DNA from: an uncultured bacterium
Lineage (GTDB): Bacteria > JAGOEH01
NCBI GenBank assembly: GCA_964632485.1
Contig: CAZWDO010000031.1
Span: 1-34,841, forward strand
DNA length: 34,841 bases
Direction: 5' to 3'
Shown here: positions 9,320 to 17,752 of the stretch, in pieces
How positions within the stretch are numbered: position 1 is the first letter of the stretch
Layout of the letters: each line of letters starts with the position of its first letter
The notes under the pieces: generated by a model
Told to the model about the DNA's origin: nothing
Seen by the model: the letters and a program-made list of their open reading frames with translations, nothing else
Databases searched by the model: none
Made by a program: the position numbers and the translations under genes

Positions 9320-10177
9320 TTAAATGCCATTGCACATATAACCTAAGGATTGCATCATATCTCCATGGACCGAAACAATTCGCCTGGCTAGATCGGGGGG
9401 CAATTCATCGCGCCAACTATTCGCCTGACCGCGACGAAAGAACACTCCCTTCGATGTCGGGGGGCGTTCCCGAAATCCGTTGGCTTGTTCCTGGCGTTTC
9501 AACTCAGAAATATCTGAAAAAGCGATCGCCTGGCTCAATTTTTCAGGATCAAACGGCAATCCACAGAATTTAACCACGGATTCAAATGTCGATTGCGGAT
9601 CGGCAAGCAGGTCTTCATAACGCGTTACTGATACGGGCGTTGTAGATTGACTCAGCCAGCTCCGAACATGATCGCTCCAGGACCCCAGCCTCTGAGTCAA
9701 TTGGTCGGCCAATGCATAACCGCCCCGCGCCAACACAAAACTGGAATCGCACAGATTATCAGTGGCCTTCTCCAGGCTGATCCCCCAATGATGGGCGCAG
9801 GAAGCGACCAGATCGAGGGGATTGCGAACGATGTACAGAACGCCGGCTGTTATTTCCGGAGGAAACAAGGGTTCGCGACTATCGGTCAGATTCCAGGCAT
9901 CATGGGCTTTTAAAAAAAGAATCCCCTCATTCTCCCGCGCGATACAGCGATAAACCTCCGGACGCAAGCGTTCAATGATGTTTTCCGGCAGAGAGGATGC
10001 CTCTACGCCTGCCCATTCGTCGAACCATACCCGCGAACTGGCAATCGGCCCTCCTTCCATACTACTGTTGATATCGGCCGGGGCATCCCTGTCTCTCATA
10101 TAGTTCGTAAGGAAAATCCGCATCCAGGTATTGCCGGATTTAGGATAAGACGCCAGCCAAATAATCTTAGCCGGCAT
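9320..10177 (-). CDS. PAPS-dependent sulfotransferase (lasso cluster tailoring enzyme)
   Basis: 5'-PSB loop LASYPKSGNTW, KAH, 3'-PB motif YIVRNPLDLVAS, RYEDL, FFRRG; ATG 10177 overlaps the end of the upstream kinase gene. Confidence 0.92.
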   Translation of the reverse strand: MPAKIIWLASYPKSGNTWMRIFLTNYMRDRDAPADINSSMEGGPIASSRVWFDEWAGVEASSLPENIIERLRPEVYRCIARENEGILFLKAHDAWNLTDSREPLFPPEITAGVLYIVRNPLDLVASCAHHWGISLEKATDNLCDSSFVLARGGYALADQLTQRLGSWSDHVRSWLSQSTTPVSVTRYEDLLADPQSTFESVVKFCGLPFDPEKLSQAIAFSDISELKRQEQANGFRERPPTSKGVFFRRGQANSWRDELPPDLARRIVSVHGDMMQSLGYMCNGI

Positions 10178-11093
10178 TAATAATCTCCGCAATTTCCTGA
10201 GCAGTCCATTTATCCGCCGGGCGTTCGACATAATAGACGTCAGCTTGAACGGCGGTAGCTGTCATCAGTGGGAAAATCCTCTGCTGATCCTCTGGCGTGA
10301 GTGGACCATAAATCCCTTCAAGCAGCATTTTGAATCGTGAATTGCCACTCAGGTAAATTATACGCAGCTTCCCGCACCGTTCATGGCTCAGATAATAGAT
10401 CGCCTGCAAAGGGGGTAGGGGTTCATTACTGAAGCCGATAGGTTCACCCGGAAACATTTTCAGAAACATTTTATCATGTCGCAGTGGATTCCGCGTCAGA
10501 TTCCGTGTATCGAAGCCCAGCCGTTCAGCGGCATGAGGAAAAAGCGCGATACGGGGAATGCCCGGGAGAACTTCCACAACGTTTCCCGTTCCCTGACGAA
10601 GAGCCGTGATATCGTCGGTCAACGGCATTCCTCCAAGGTTGACAAGAGCTGCTTGAGTGGTAGATTTTCCGGATCCGGATTGCCCGATCAGCGCCACCAC
10701 GCCACGCGGAACTGACACGGCGTTTCCATGAAGCACCAGTAATCCACGTTGGTTTAAAATCGCAGCCATCACATTATGTAAAAAATAATGAACCACCCGC
10801 TCCATATCCGCTTGCGGATTAAGTTCGAGGTCAACCTGTGCGCCATTCTTTACTAAAAATCTCCCGGCGCGTCGGCCGCAGCACAGCAGAAACCCTTCCC
10901 CTGAAATCTGCCAGGCAAATCCATATTTCCAGGAAAAATCGGATGCAATCGGTTCTAAAAGCTCCCGGGGAACGGAAGCGAAACTCACAACCACATCCGC
11001 CTTTGAGTTCCCGGGTGCAACAACAAGTTCAGGGCACGGAAACGGCACACTCATAATTAAGCCGTAAAGAGTATATAAATATTCAGAATTCAT
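10167..11093 (-). CDS. HPr-kinase-like lasso peptide kinase (PadeK-like), copy 2
   Basis: YTLYGL...CPEL N-terminus, LHGNAV, Walker A GQSGSGKST, LTDD. Confidence 0.85.
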   Translation of the reverse strand: MNSEYLYTLYGLIMSVPFPCPELVVAPGNSKADVVVSFASVPRELLEPIASDFSWKYGFAWQISGEGFLLCCGRRAGRFLVKNGAQVDLELNPQADMERVVHYFLHNVMAAILNQRGLLVLHGNAVSVPRGVVALIGQSGSGKSTTQAALVNLGGMPLTDDITALRQGTGNVVEVLPGIPRIALFPHAAERLGFDTRNLTRNPLRHDKMFLKMFPGEPIGFSNEPLPPLQAIYYLSHERCGKLRIIYLSGNSRFKMLLEGIYGPLTPEDQQRIFPLMTATAVQADVYYVERPADKWTAQEIAEIINAG

Positions 11094-11944
11094 TATATAT
11101 TGCCAATCACCCTATCTACTAATTCCTCCACGCACCAGCGGCCCTTTGGACGGCGTAACCGATAGATCGGTACCGCTTGGGCCAACCGGGTTATCATACT
11201 AAAATAGGCCAACCGGTCAAACAATTCTTCAGCGATATGGCTGTTGTAAGTCAATCGTCCTAAGGATGGTACCCGCTCCAGCGCAGCCACTTCACTGAAT
11301 TCGATTTGATCCCGAGTGGAGACAGAAAGGTGGTAGATTGATTTTAATGTAAGCGGCCCAGCAGCCATTTGGCTGGCATAGTCAACTGTTCGCGGACCTT
11401 TTTCTCCGGGAAAGGGAAATCCGGATTTTTTAGCGCCATCCGGCCATAAGATTACCTCAGGGAAGGTCGGGATCACCGTCAACCTGCCAGATACATCTTC
11501 GTGAACAATGGACAACTCATCCGCAAGCAAACGGGCGCCGCGCTTTAGCAAGCCGGTTAGCAAAACCGATTTTCCTGCTCCCGAATCACCCGCCAGCAAG
11601 ACACACTCATCTTGATCTGCAATCGAAATAGCGGCGGCGTGAAATGCGGGAATTCCACGCTGGAAACAAAGGGCCGCCAACGGGGTCATACGCAGAAACC
11701 GGCGAATATCCTCGACTGCAGACTCTGGCGCCGCATCAATGGTAATCCGACTGCCACCCTCCACCATAAAGCGAGCTACTTCGGGCACTTCCAGAAGAAA
11801 ACGGTTCCGGGCGGCCTGCCACAACACTCCCCGCCCATCGATTTTATCCAGCGCAGTCGGCGCTGGCGCTACCTCTATCCGCGCATCAGGAAACAAATCG
11901 GCTAAAATTTTTTTTTCAAAATTCCAATCCAGTTGAGAATTCAT
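11093..11944 (-). CDS. HPr-kinase-like lasso peptide kinase, copy 1
   Basis: FHAAAI, Walker A GDSGAGKS, LLADE; start overlaps the cyclase stop codon (ATGA). Confidence 0.85.
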   Translation of the reverse strand: MNSQLDWNFEKKILADLFPDARIEVAPAPTALDKIDGRGVLWQAARNRFLLEVPEVARFMVEGGSRITIDAAPESAVEDIRRFLRMTPLAALCFQRGIPAFHAAAISIADQDECVLLAGDSGAGKSVLLTGLLKRGARLLADELSIVHEDVSGRLTVIPTFPEVILWPDGAKKSGFPFPGEKGPRTVDYASQMAAGPLTLKSIYHLSVSTRDQIEFSEVAALERVPSLGRLTYNSHIAEELFDRLAYFSMITRLAQAVPIYRLRRPKGRWCVEELVDRVIGNI

Positions 11945-13815
11945 TTATCATCCACCGATTCAAAAAAATTATTGATAAAAATTCCGGCCATAATTCCGCG
12001 GGTAAGAACCGTTACCGCCAGACGATAAGATTCAGGACTATTCTGAACTCGAATTATATCCCAAACCCGACGCATATAGGGCACATCCAGATAAGTGGAC
12101 GCAGGGCCTCCCGCAAGTTCCCCCAAAGCCTCATCCACTTCTCCGGCGCATATTCGCAGCCGGGGGACCAGATCAGCAGATTGCCTCCCGCGATTGCGAT
12201 TTAACCGGACTTCATCCGGCAACTGGCCCCGCATCGCTTCCCGAATCAACCATCGGTCGCAACCGGTTTCCGGATCGATAAAGATTCGGTCCGGCACTGA
12301 AAAAGTAAAGGCCAACACCCGGGCATCAGCGGTCGGATCACGGGTATCCACTCCATAAACTGCGTTTTTTTCAGCGGCGAGAGCGCCAATAAAATTCCTC
12401 CCCGGCTTAAGTATCGCAAACCGTTTTTCCATGGCTGTATATGTTAATCGATCCGTTGCCGCCATCATAAGCTCCCGCAATTGAAGTCGATTGGCGAACT
12501 CAGGATGAATTGAAGAGAATTTCCAATATGAAGTGGTCGGATAGCGTAACGTATGGTATATCTTCAGAATAGACTCGGGAGCATGATGTTTCATCATCTC
12601 CTTCATCCAATTGCGAAGTTTCAACAATCGTAATTGCAAGACCAGCGACTGCGAAAAAACATCCCCCGACCATGATATGCCCGCGTTGCCCGCTTGGCCA
12701 GTCAACAACACTCGGCATCCTTGCTCATGGACTTTTATCATAATATCTTGAATCCAAAAAAAATTGGCGGCTGCATGGCCAGGTTCGCCGTTAATCTCCA
12801 GTTGTCGGCGAATCGCCTGAATTGGACTGACATTGGCGGCAGCTATCGGAAAAAGGTCGATAGTTCCAGCCGCTTGGGCCGTTGCCTGAGCTAAGGAGAA
12901 TTCATCTCCAAAATTGCGTTTATTGAGATAATCCCTGCTATCAGCCATTGGCACTGAAGTAAAAGCGTAAAGGCGTTTATTTTCAGCTCTCAACAATCGA
13001 GCGGCTGTAATGGCTACCGAACCGGAATCCAATCCACCGCTCAACGATACGGCAATTCCCCCGGTATCACCTGCGCCACTCATATCCGGCAAGCGCAACC
13101 GCGCTACAACAGCCTGTTCAAATATCTCCCTGAATGCTTCGGCATAATCTCTACGGCGAGGCAAATTCAACTCAGCCGTATCCTCCAGTCGCCAATAACA
13201 ACGGGTTTCAAGCCGTTCCGGCGTCACCGTTAGGAAATGAGCGGGAGGTAGCCGCTTGATTGGAAAATGGATAGTGCGCTCGCCATGATAGGCCGACCAG
13301 GAGACCAATAGCTGCGCTAAATAGAGTTCGTCGATTTCTACCGGGGCAAGATTGAGAGATAGAATCGCCCGTCGCGAAGAGGCAAAGACGAATATCCGGG
13401 GATCGGCATAATAATAAAGAGCGGTATTTCCGAAATGGTCCCGAGCCAATACTAAACGGCGTTCAGTCGGATGCCAGGCAGCAAAGGACCAATCACCATA
13501 GATTTGATTGACAACTGTCTCTCCCAATTTATAATAACAACGGCACAACAATTCACTGTCCGGCATTGAAATGGATTCATTCTTACTGACGCGGCATACT
13601 TCCAGTAGTTCCTTACGGTTGTCAATCCTCCCGGCTCCTGCAAACATCGCTCCGTTTTCCAGCGCGATATACCCCCCACCCAACGCGGTGGAACCTTCTA
13701 CCCTGGCTTTGCCGCCACTAATTTCCCAGGGTTTCATCAGGCGACACAATTGGTGGACAAACGAAAAATTCGCCGGGCTTCCATCACGTTGATAAACGCC
13801 GCAAATACCCATCAT
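11941..13815 (-). CDS. Lasso peptide cyclase (asparagine synthetase-like C protein)
   Basis: PP-loop SLSGGLDS, LARDHFG, LLTGQAGN, RDPTAD; begins MMGICG and so lacks the Cys2 glutaminase nucleophile of AsnB; next to precursors and B2. Confidence 0.9.
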   Translation of the reverse strand: MMGICGVYQRDGSPANFSFVHQLCRLMKPWEISGGKARVEGSTALGGGYIALENGAMFAGAGRIDNRKELLEVCRVSKNESISMPDSELLCRCYYKLGETVVNQIYGDWSFAAWHPTERRLVLARDHFGNTALYYYADPRIFVFASSRRAILSLNLAPVEIDELYLAQLLVSWSAYHGERTIHFPIKRLPPAHFLTVTPERLETRCYWRLEDTAELNLPRRRDYAEAFREIFEQAVVARLRLPDMSGAGDTGGIAVSLSGGLDSGSVAITAARLLRAENKRLYAFTSVPMADSRDYLNKRNFGDEFSLAQATAQAAGTIDLFPIAAANVSPIQAIRRQLEINGEPGHAAANFFWIQDIMIKVHEQGCRVLLTGQAGNAGISWSGDVFSQSLVLQLRLLKLRNWMKEMMKHHAPESILKIYHTLRYPTTSYWKFSSIHPEFANRLQLRELMMAATDRLTYTAMEKRFAILKPGRNFIGALAAEKNAVYGVDTRDPTADARVLAFTFSVPDRIFIDPETGCDRWLIREAMRGQLPDEVRLNRNRGRQSADLVPRLRICAGEVDEALGELAGGPASTYLDVPYMRRVWDIIRVQNSPESYRLAVTVLTRGIMAGIFINNFFESVDDK

Positions 13816-14053
13816 CGAGGGATTTTCCGCTCTTTATTAAAAGTAAAATTCCAATTTGAATTTATAATCCACCTCATAATTATTCTTAAAAAATGATTGT
13901 GTTTCAGAGTATTAAAAACAAAAAAATGGAGCGCGTTAAATACAAATTTTATAGTAAATTACTAATTAACCAAGGGGAAGTCTTTGTTTTAATAACTATA
14001 AAAATATTCACTGTCAAACCGCGAATAGCTCATATACTGTGCTTTTCAATACA

Positions 14054-14242
14054 TTAATTTGGCGCCTGTGAGCCCGTATTTCCATCATTAATCGAACCAT
14101 TCAGAAACAACGTTCGTTTCAGGCTGATCAGAGTTAGGACAGGTCGATTCCAAGGCAAACGTGCCAATTGCACGGAAAGGAGGAGCTGATTCTCCCTGGG
14201 GCTCTCAATCAGCGTTTCAGATCGGCAGAGTTCATCATTCAT
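14054..14242 (-). CDS. Lasso peptide precursor A1 (predicted core FLNGSINDGNTGSQAPN)
   Basis: AGAGG RBS; leader motif WNRPVL; Thr at -2; only acidic core residue is Asp8. Confidence 0.85.
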   Translation of the reverse strand: MNDELCRSETLIESPRENQLLLSVQLARLPWNRPVLTLISLKRTLFLNGSINDGNTGSQAPN

Positions 14243-14612
14243 ATTTTTCCTCTTTAAACAGTTGTATAGTTAAAAAGGGAACTCCGTTTCACATTATTAA
14301 ATTTTTTTTAAAAAAACTTTGCTCATAAACACAACAAACAAAACCCGATTCATTTCCAAACCGTTCTTATATTAAAATTACGTGCCCTGAGGTACCGTGG
14401 TGCTAAAACTTCCATCACCGAAACCTCCTGAGCCATTCATAGTACGTTTCAGGCTGATCAGGGTCAGGACAGGGCAATTCCAAGGCAGGCGCGCCGATTG
14501 CCCGGCAGTGGGGAGCTGAATCTCACTGTGGCTCTCAACCAGCGTTTCAGATCGGCATAGTTCATCATTCATATCTTTCCTCCATAGAAAGTTGTATAGT
14601 CAAAAAAAGTAA
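14108..14612. repeat. Tandem duplication (330-bp offset) of precursor leader and upstream region
   Basis: About 14108-14282 aligns with 14438-14612, including GTTGTATAGT at 14261 and 14591. Confidence 0.85.
14378..14572 (-). CDS. Lasso peptide precursor A2 (predicted core NGSGGFGDGSFSTTVPQGT)
   Basis: GGAGG RBS; leader motif WNCPVL; Thr at -2; only acidic core residue is Asp8; leader 34/45 identical to A1. Confidence 0.85.
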   Translation of the reverse strand: MNDELCRSETLVESHSEIQLPTAGQSARLPWNCPVLTLISLKRTMNGSGGFGDGSFSTTVPQGT

Positions 14613-14624
14613 CAGCAATACCTT

Positions 14625-15161
14625 TTATTCAAATTTTTTAACGCATTTTGAAGAAAACGTAGAGAGTACCGTAAAGCGTTCATGACCAGAATAACCGGTA
14701 AGGATCATATCCCCACAACGCAACCAGGCATGAGCCGCAAAATTTTCCGGTTTCGTGTTATCCTTTGCCAGACCGAGATAAAGCGTACCTGCAATATCGT
14801 ATCGTTTTAACATCCATTGGGCAGCAATTGCCCTCGGCAGGCAGACCGTTTTCCAAGGAGTGCGGCTTGCGGCAGTCCCAATCGCTCGGCTGATCATCCG
14901 TGCGCGAATCCGGGCGTCAACACCCAGGTAAGAATCCGATTCAGTCATGGATTCACCGATAGTGGACGCTAACCACTTAAATGGAAAAAACAGCAGACAT
15001 ACCCGCGCAACACATACAAATATCCAGGCTTCCACTAACAATTTACGCTCAAACCGCGAACAATAGCGCCATTTGACATAATCACCATAGATATTCGCCA
15101 TCCGTTTACTCATATTCATGGCTAAAAAACGTCTGTTTAATTCTATTGACAGTTCATACAC
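14625..15161 (-). CDS. Lasso peptide leader peptidase (B2, transglutaminase-like)
   Basis: CLPRAIA (catalytic Cys), LYLG, AHAWL (catalytic His); true start may be ATG 15119, 15113 or 15101. Confidence 0.92.
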   Translation of the reverse strand: MYELSIELNRRFLAMNMSKRMANIYGDYVKWRYCSRFERKLLVEAWIFVCVARVCLLFFPFKWLASTIGESMTESDSYLGVDARIRARMISRAIGTAASRTPWKTVCLPRAIAAQWMLKRYDIAGTLYLGLAKDNTKPENFAAHAWLRCGDMILTGYSGHERFTVLSTFSSKCVKKFE

Positions 15162-15269
15162 GATAATCGAAAAGTCATTGCCCCAGCTTCACGGATAACG
15201 ACTTAACCTGTGATTCAAAGTCGGTACAATTGAAATTCTACATTTTTAACACACAAATTATTTAAAACA

Positions 15270-15297
15270 AATATAATAAAAAATTCCTGAATGTCAA
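15270..15297 (-). promoter_or_regulatory. Putative sigma70 promoter of the lasso cluster
   Basis: Minus strand TTGACA-N16-TATATT upstream of B2. Confidence 0.5.
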
Positions 15298-15537
15298 GTA
15301 GATTATCTTTAAAAAGCAGTTTTTCCGGCTAAAATTTATAGTGTTGAAACGAAAAATTCTATATCTTCCGAGAAGCTCATAAATACGGAAACCGGTTCAA
15401 CTGCAACAAATTTCCACATGTCATTTTCAATTTTTATATTCACCTGGAGTTAAATTCAGAATGAGGATGAAATTGATTTCTTCGTTTGTCATCCATTGGA
15501 ATAGCTTAGGGTGGTTACGGCGCATTAACAGATTGCG

Positions 15538-17571
15538 CTATGCACCCCCACCAAAGTCTTCATCTTCCGCTGACGTTTCCAAACCGGGTCTAACATTTTT
15601 TACAAAGTACATTTTCAAAACGCCTTTACCCTTAACTTCAATCATATTTCGTTCTTCAAAATCAAAACGTCCATCCAGTAGCCGGTAGGTAGTCTCGGAA
15701 ACATTGATTTTCATAGGCAGGGAGTAAGTCTCCATACGGGCAGCCGTGTTAATCGTATCGCCAAACAGGTCATAAATATATTTTTTAATACCCACAACCC
15801 CACCTACTACTGGGCCCGTGTGAACACCCACCCGGATTTTCCACTCAATTTTTGATATCTTGTTGCGATTTTTTAAATATTCGATGATCTCCCATGCGGC
15901 CATCATGATGCTTTCCGCATGGGCCGATGCATTCTCATCTCCGTCCATCCCGCAAACCGCCATATACGCATCTCCGATGGTCTTAATTCGCTCACCGCGA
16001 TGTTTTTCAATAATCGTGTCAAATGCTGTAAAAATATCATTCAACTCATCAATCAGATATGCCGGGTCCAGTTGGGAAGAAATCTTTGTGAAACCGACAA
16101 TATCGGAGAAATAAACAGTAATATTTTCAAATTTTTTGGGGATGGTTTTCCCTTTTTCTTTCAAATCGTTGACAATGCTTATTGGCAGAATATTCAATAG
16201 CAGTTTTTCAGATTTGGCCTTTTCAATCTGAATGATCTCATGAGCAGCGGCCAGTTTCTCCATTGATTGTTTTTTTAGACGGTACCGATTATAGATTAAA
16301 ACTGAAACCAGAATACCCACAAGCATGCCCGCATAACTGAAATTACGCAGTACGCGGGACCGCGAAAGTTGCAGATGCTGGATTTCATTCTCCTGTTTAA
16401 GAATTACGTTTTCTTTTTCCTTTTCCTTCATTTCGTATTCCGCTAATTTTTCAGTTAAAGAGGAATTGTACATAGAATCCAGTGAATAAAATTCCCGGAA
16501 ATGCTCCAAGGCATCCTTGTAATTTTTTTTTATGAAATAGTACTCAAAATAATTTTTGGCAATAATGCTTTTCACCTCATCCAAGCCAATCTCATCCGCC
16601 AGCTTCCCAGCTTGTTCAAGATATTTCCAAACACTGTCCTGCTGCCCGATAGCGAGATAGGAATTCACGATCGATAACCAAGTATAGACACAACCGTATT
16701 TATCATTCTCTTTCAAACGGTAATCTATAACCGACAGGCTGTATTCCAACGCTTTATGATACTCCCCCAGCGAATTATAGAGTAAAGATAGATTGTTGTA
16801 GGTGGAATAGACCCCTTTTTCATCGTGGATTTCTTCTTTCAGTCGAAGAGAACGCAGATAATAAACTTCGGCATTTTTAAGACTATCCATATCTTTATAG
16901 AGTACACCAATATTGTTCAGGGTTCCGGCAGCATTGCGCTTATCATCTTTCGATTCATACAATAGCAGCGCCCGATGATAATACTCAAGGGCCTTGTCAC
17001 AATTTTTAGCTTTTCGATACAGAATTGCCAAATTATTACTAAGCTTAGCGACCAGTAGGGTATCCTCAGCCGTTTCAGCGATTGCCAGGGCGCTGAGATA
17101 AAAATCAAGAGCCCGGGCGTTCTGCCCTCTGCGAGTCGCAATCAATCCCAAACGGTTCAGAATATCCCCTTTCAACCAACCTAACCTGTTTTTTCCCAAG
17201 AGATTTAAAGCCTCTTGCAGCGCTTCTTCGGCCTGCTGATACTGATCGATATTAATATACGCCAGTCCGAGACTGCTTAGAATCAAAACATACAGCGAAT
17301 CATCCGATAAATTCCGGGCGAATGATTTTGCTTGCAGGAGATACTCGATCGATTTATTCGGCTTACTCAAAGAAAAAATACGGGACATTTCAAGGTAAAC
17401 CGCGGGAATTTCATTTCTATTAGTAATCTTAGTTAATTCCGCTTTTAAACTGTCTTCTTTTTTTTGGTCCGCCGGGGATTGACCATGGACATGAATCCAT
17501 CCGCTCAGAAAAAAAACAATCGGCACTAAAAGGGAGTAGCGCCGAAGAGTGAAAAAAGAGAGTAAGCCCAT
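15538..17571 (-). CDS. Membrane-anchored class III adenylate cyclase with extracytoplasmic TPR domain
   Basis: Signal-like N-terminus, TPR repeats (NNLAILY, NNIGVLY), one TM helix, SEKLLLNILP, FSDIVGFT, IKTIGDAY, YDLFGDTINTAARME (Lys/Asp pair typical of ATP specificity). Confidence 0.92.
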   Translation of the reverse strand: MGLLSFFTLRRYSLLVPIVFFLSGWIHVHGQSPADQKKEDSLKAELTKITNRNEIPAVYLEMSRIFSLSKPNKSIEYLLQAKSFARNLSDDSLYVLILSSLGLAYINIDQYQQAEEALQEALNLLGKNRLGWLKGDILNRLGLIATRRGQNARALDFYLSALAIAETAEDTLLVAKLSNNLAILYRKAKNCDKALEYYHRALLLYESKDDKRNAAGTLNNIGVLYKDMDSLKNAEVYYLRSLRLKEEIHDEKGVYSTYNNLSLLYNSLGEYHKALEYSLSVIDYRLKENDKYGCVYTWLSIVNSYLAIGQQDSVWKYLEQAGKLADEIGLDEVKSIIAKNYFEYYFIKKNYKDALEHFREFYSLDSMYNSSLTEKLAEYEMKEKEKENVILKQENEIQHLQLSRSRVLRNFSYAGMLVGILVSVLIYNRYRLKKQSMEKLAAAHEIIQIEKAKSEKLLLNILPISIVNDLKEKGKTIPKKFENITVYFSDIVGFTKISSQLDPAYLIDELNDIFTAFDTIIEKHRGERIKTIGDAYMAVCGMDGDENASAHAESIMMAAWEIIEYLKNRNKISKIEWKIRVGVHTGPVVGGVVGIKKYIYDLFGDTINTAARMETYSLPMKINVSETTYRLLDGRFDFEERNMIEVKGKGVLKMYFVKNVRPGLETSAEDEDFGGGA

Positions 17572-17752
17572 GTTCCGATTTCTTTCTGTTTTAGTTTAAT
17601 AGCCAATTCCATCCAAATTTTTTCCGGGATCACGCCCCGATCATCCTGCTCCCTCCGCCGGAATCAATCTACAGTTTCCGATTTTTTAGTTAGTTTCACT
17701 CACGGCTTTCTTGTATCTGCTGGAAGCTTATTCTATTCATTATCCAGTTTTT

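Noticed and set aside
10167-11944. Carbon-catabolite HPr kinase/phosphorylase (hprK)
   Set aside because: No HprK N-terminal domain is recognisable, there is no PTS context, and the genes are coupled to a lasso cyclase.
11941-13815. Housekeeping asparagine synthetase (asnB)
   Set aside because: It lacks the Cys2 nucleophile and sits among a B2 peptidase, precursors and kinases.
13816-14053. Third precursor copy or hidden RRE gene between A1 and the cyclase
   Set aside because: The region is very AT-rich, has no ORF of 60 aa or more in the track and no WxxP leader motif that I could find; there is only a weak TATAGT match near 13950.
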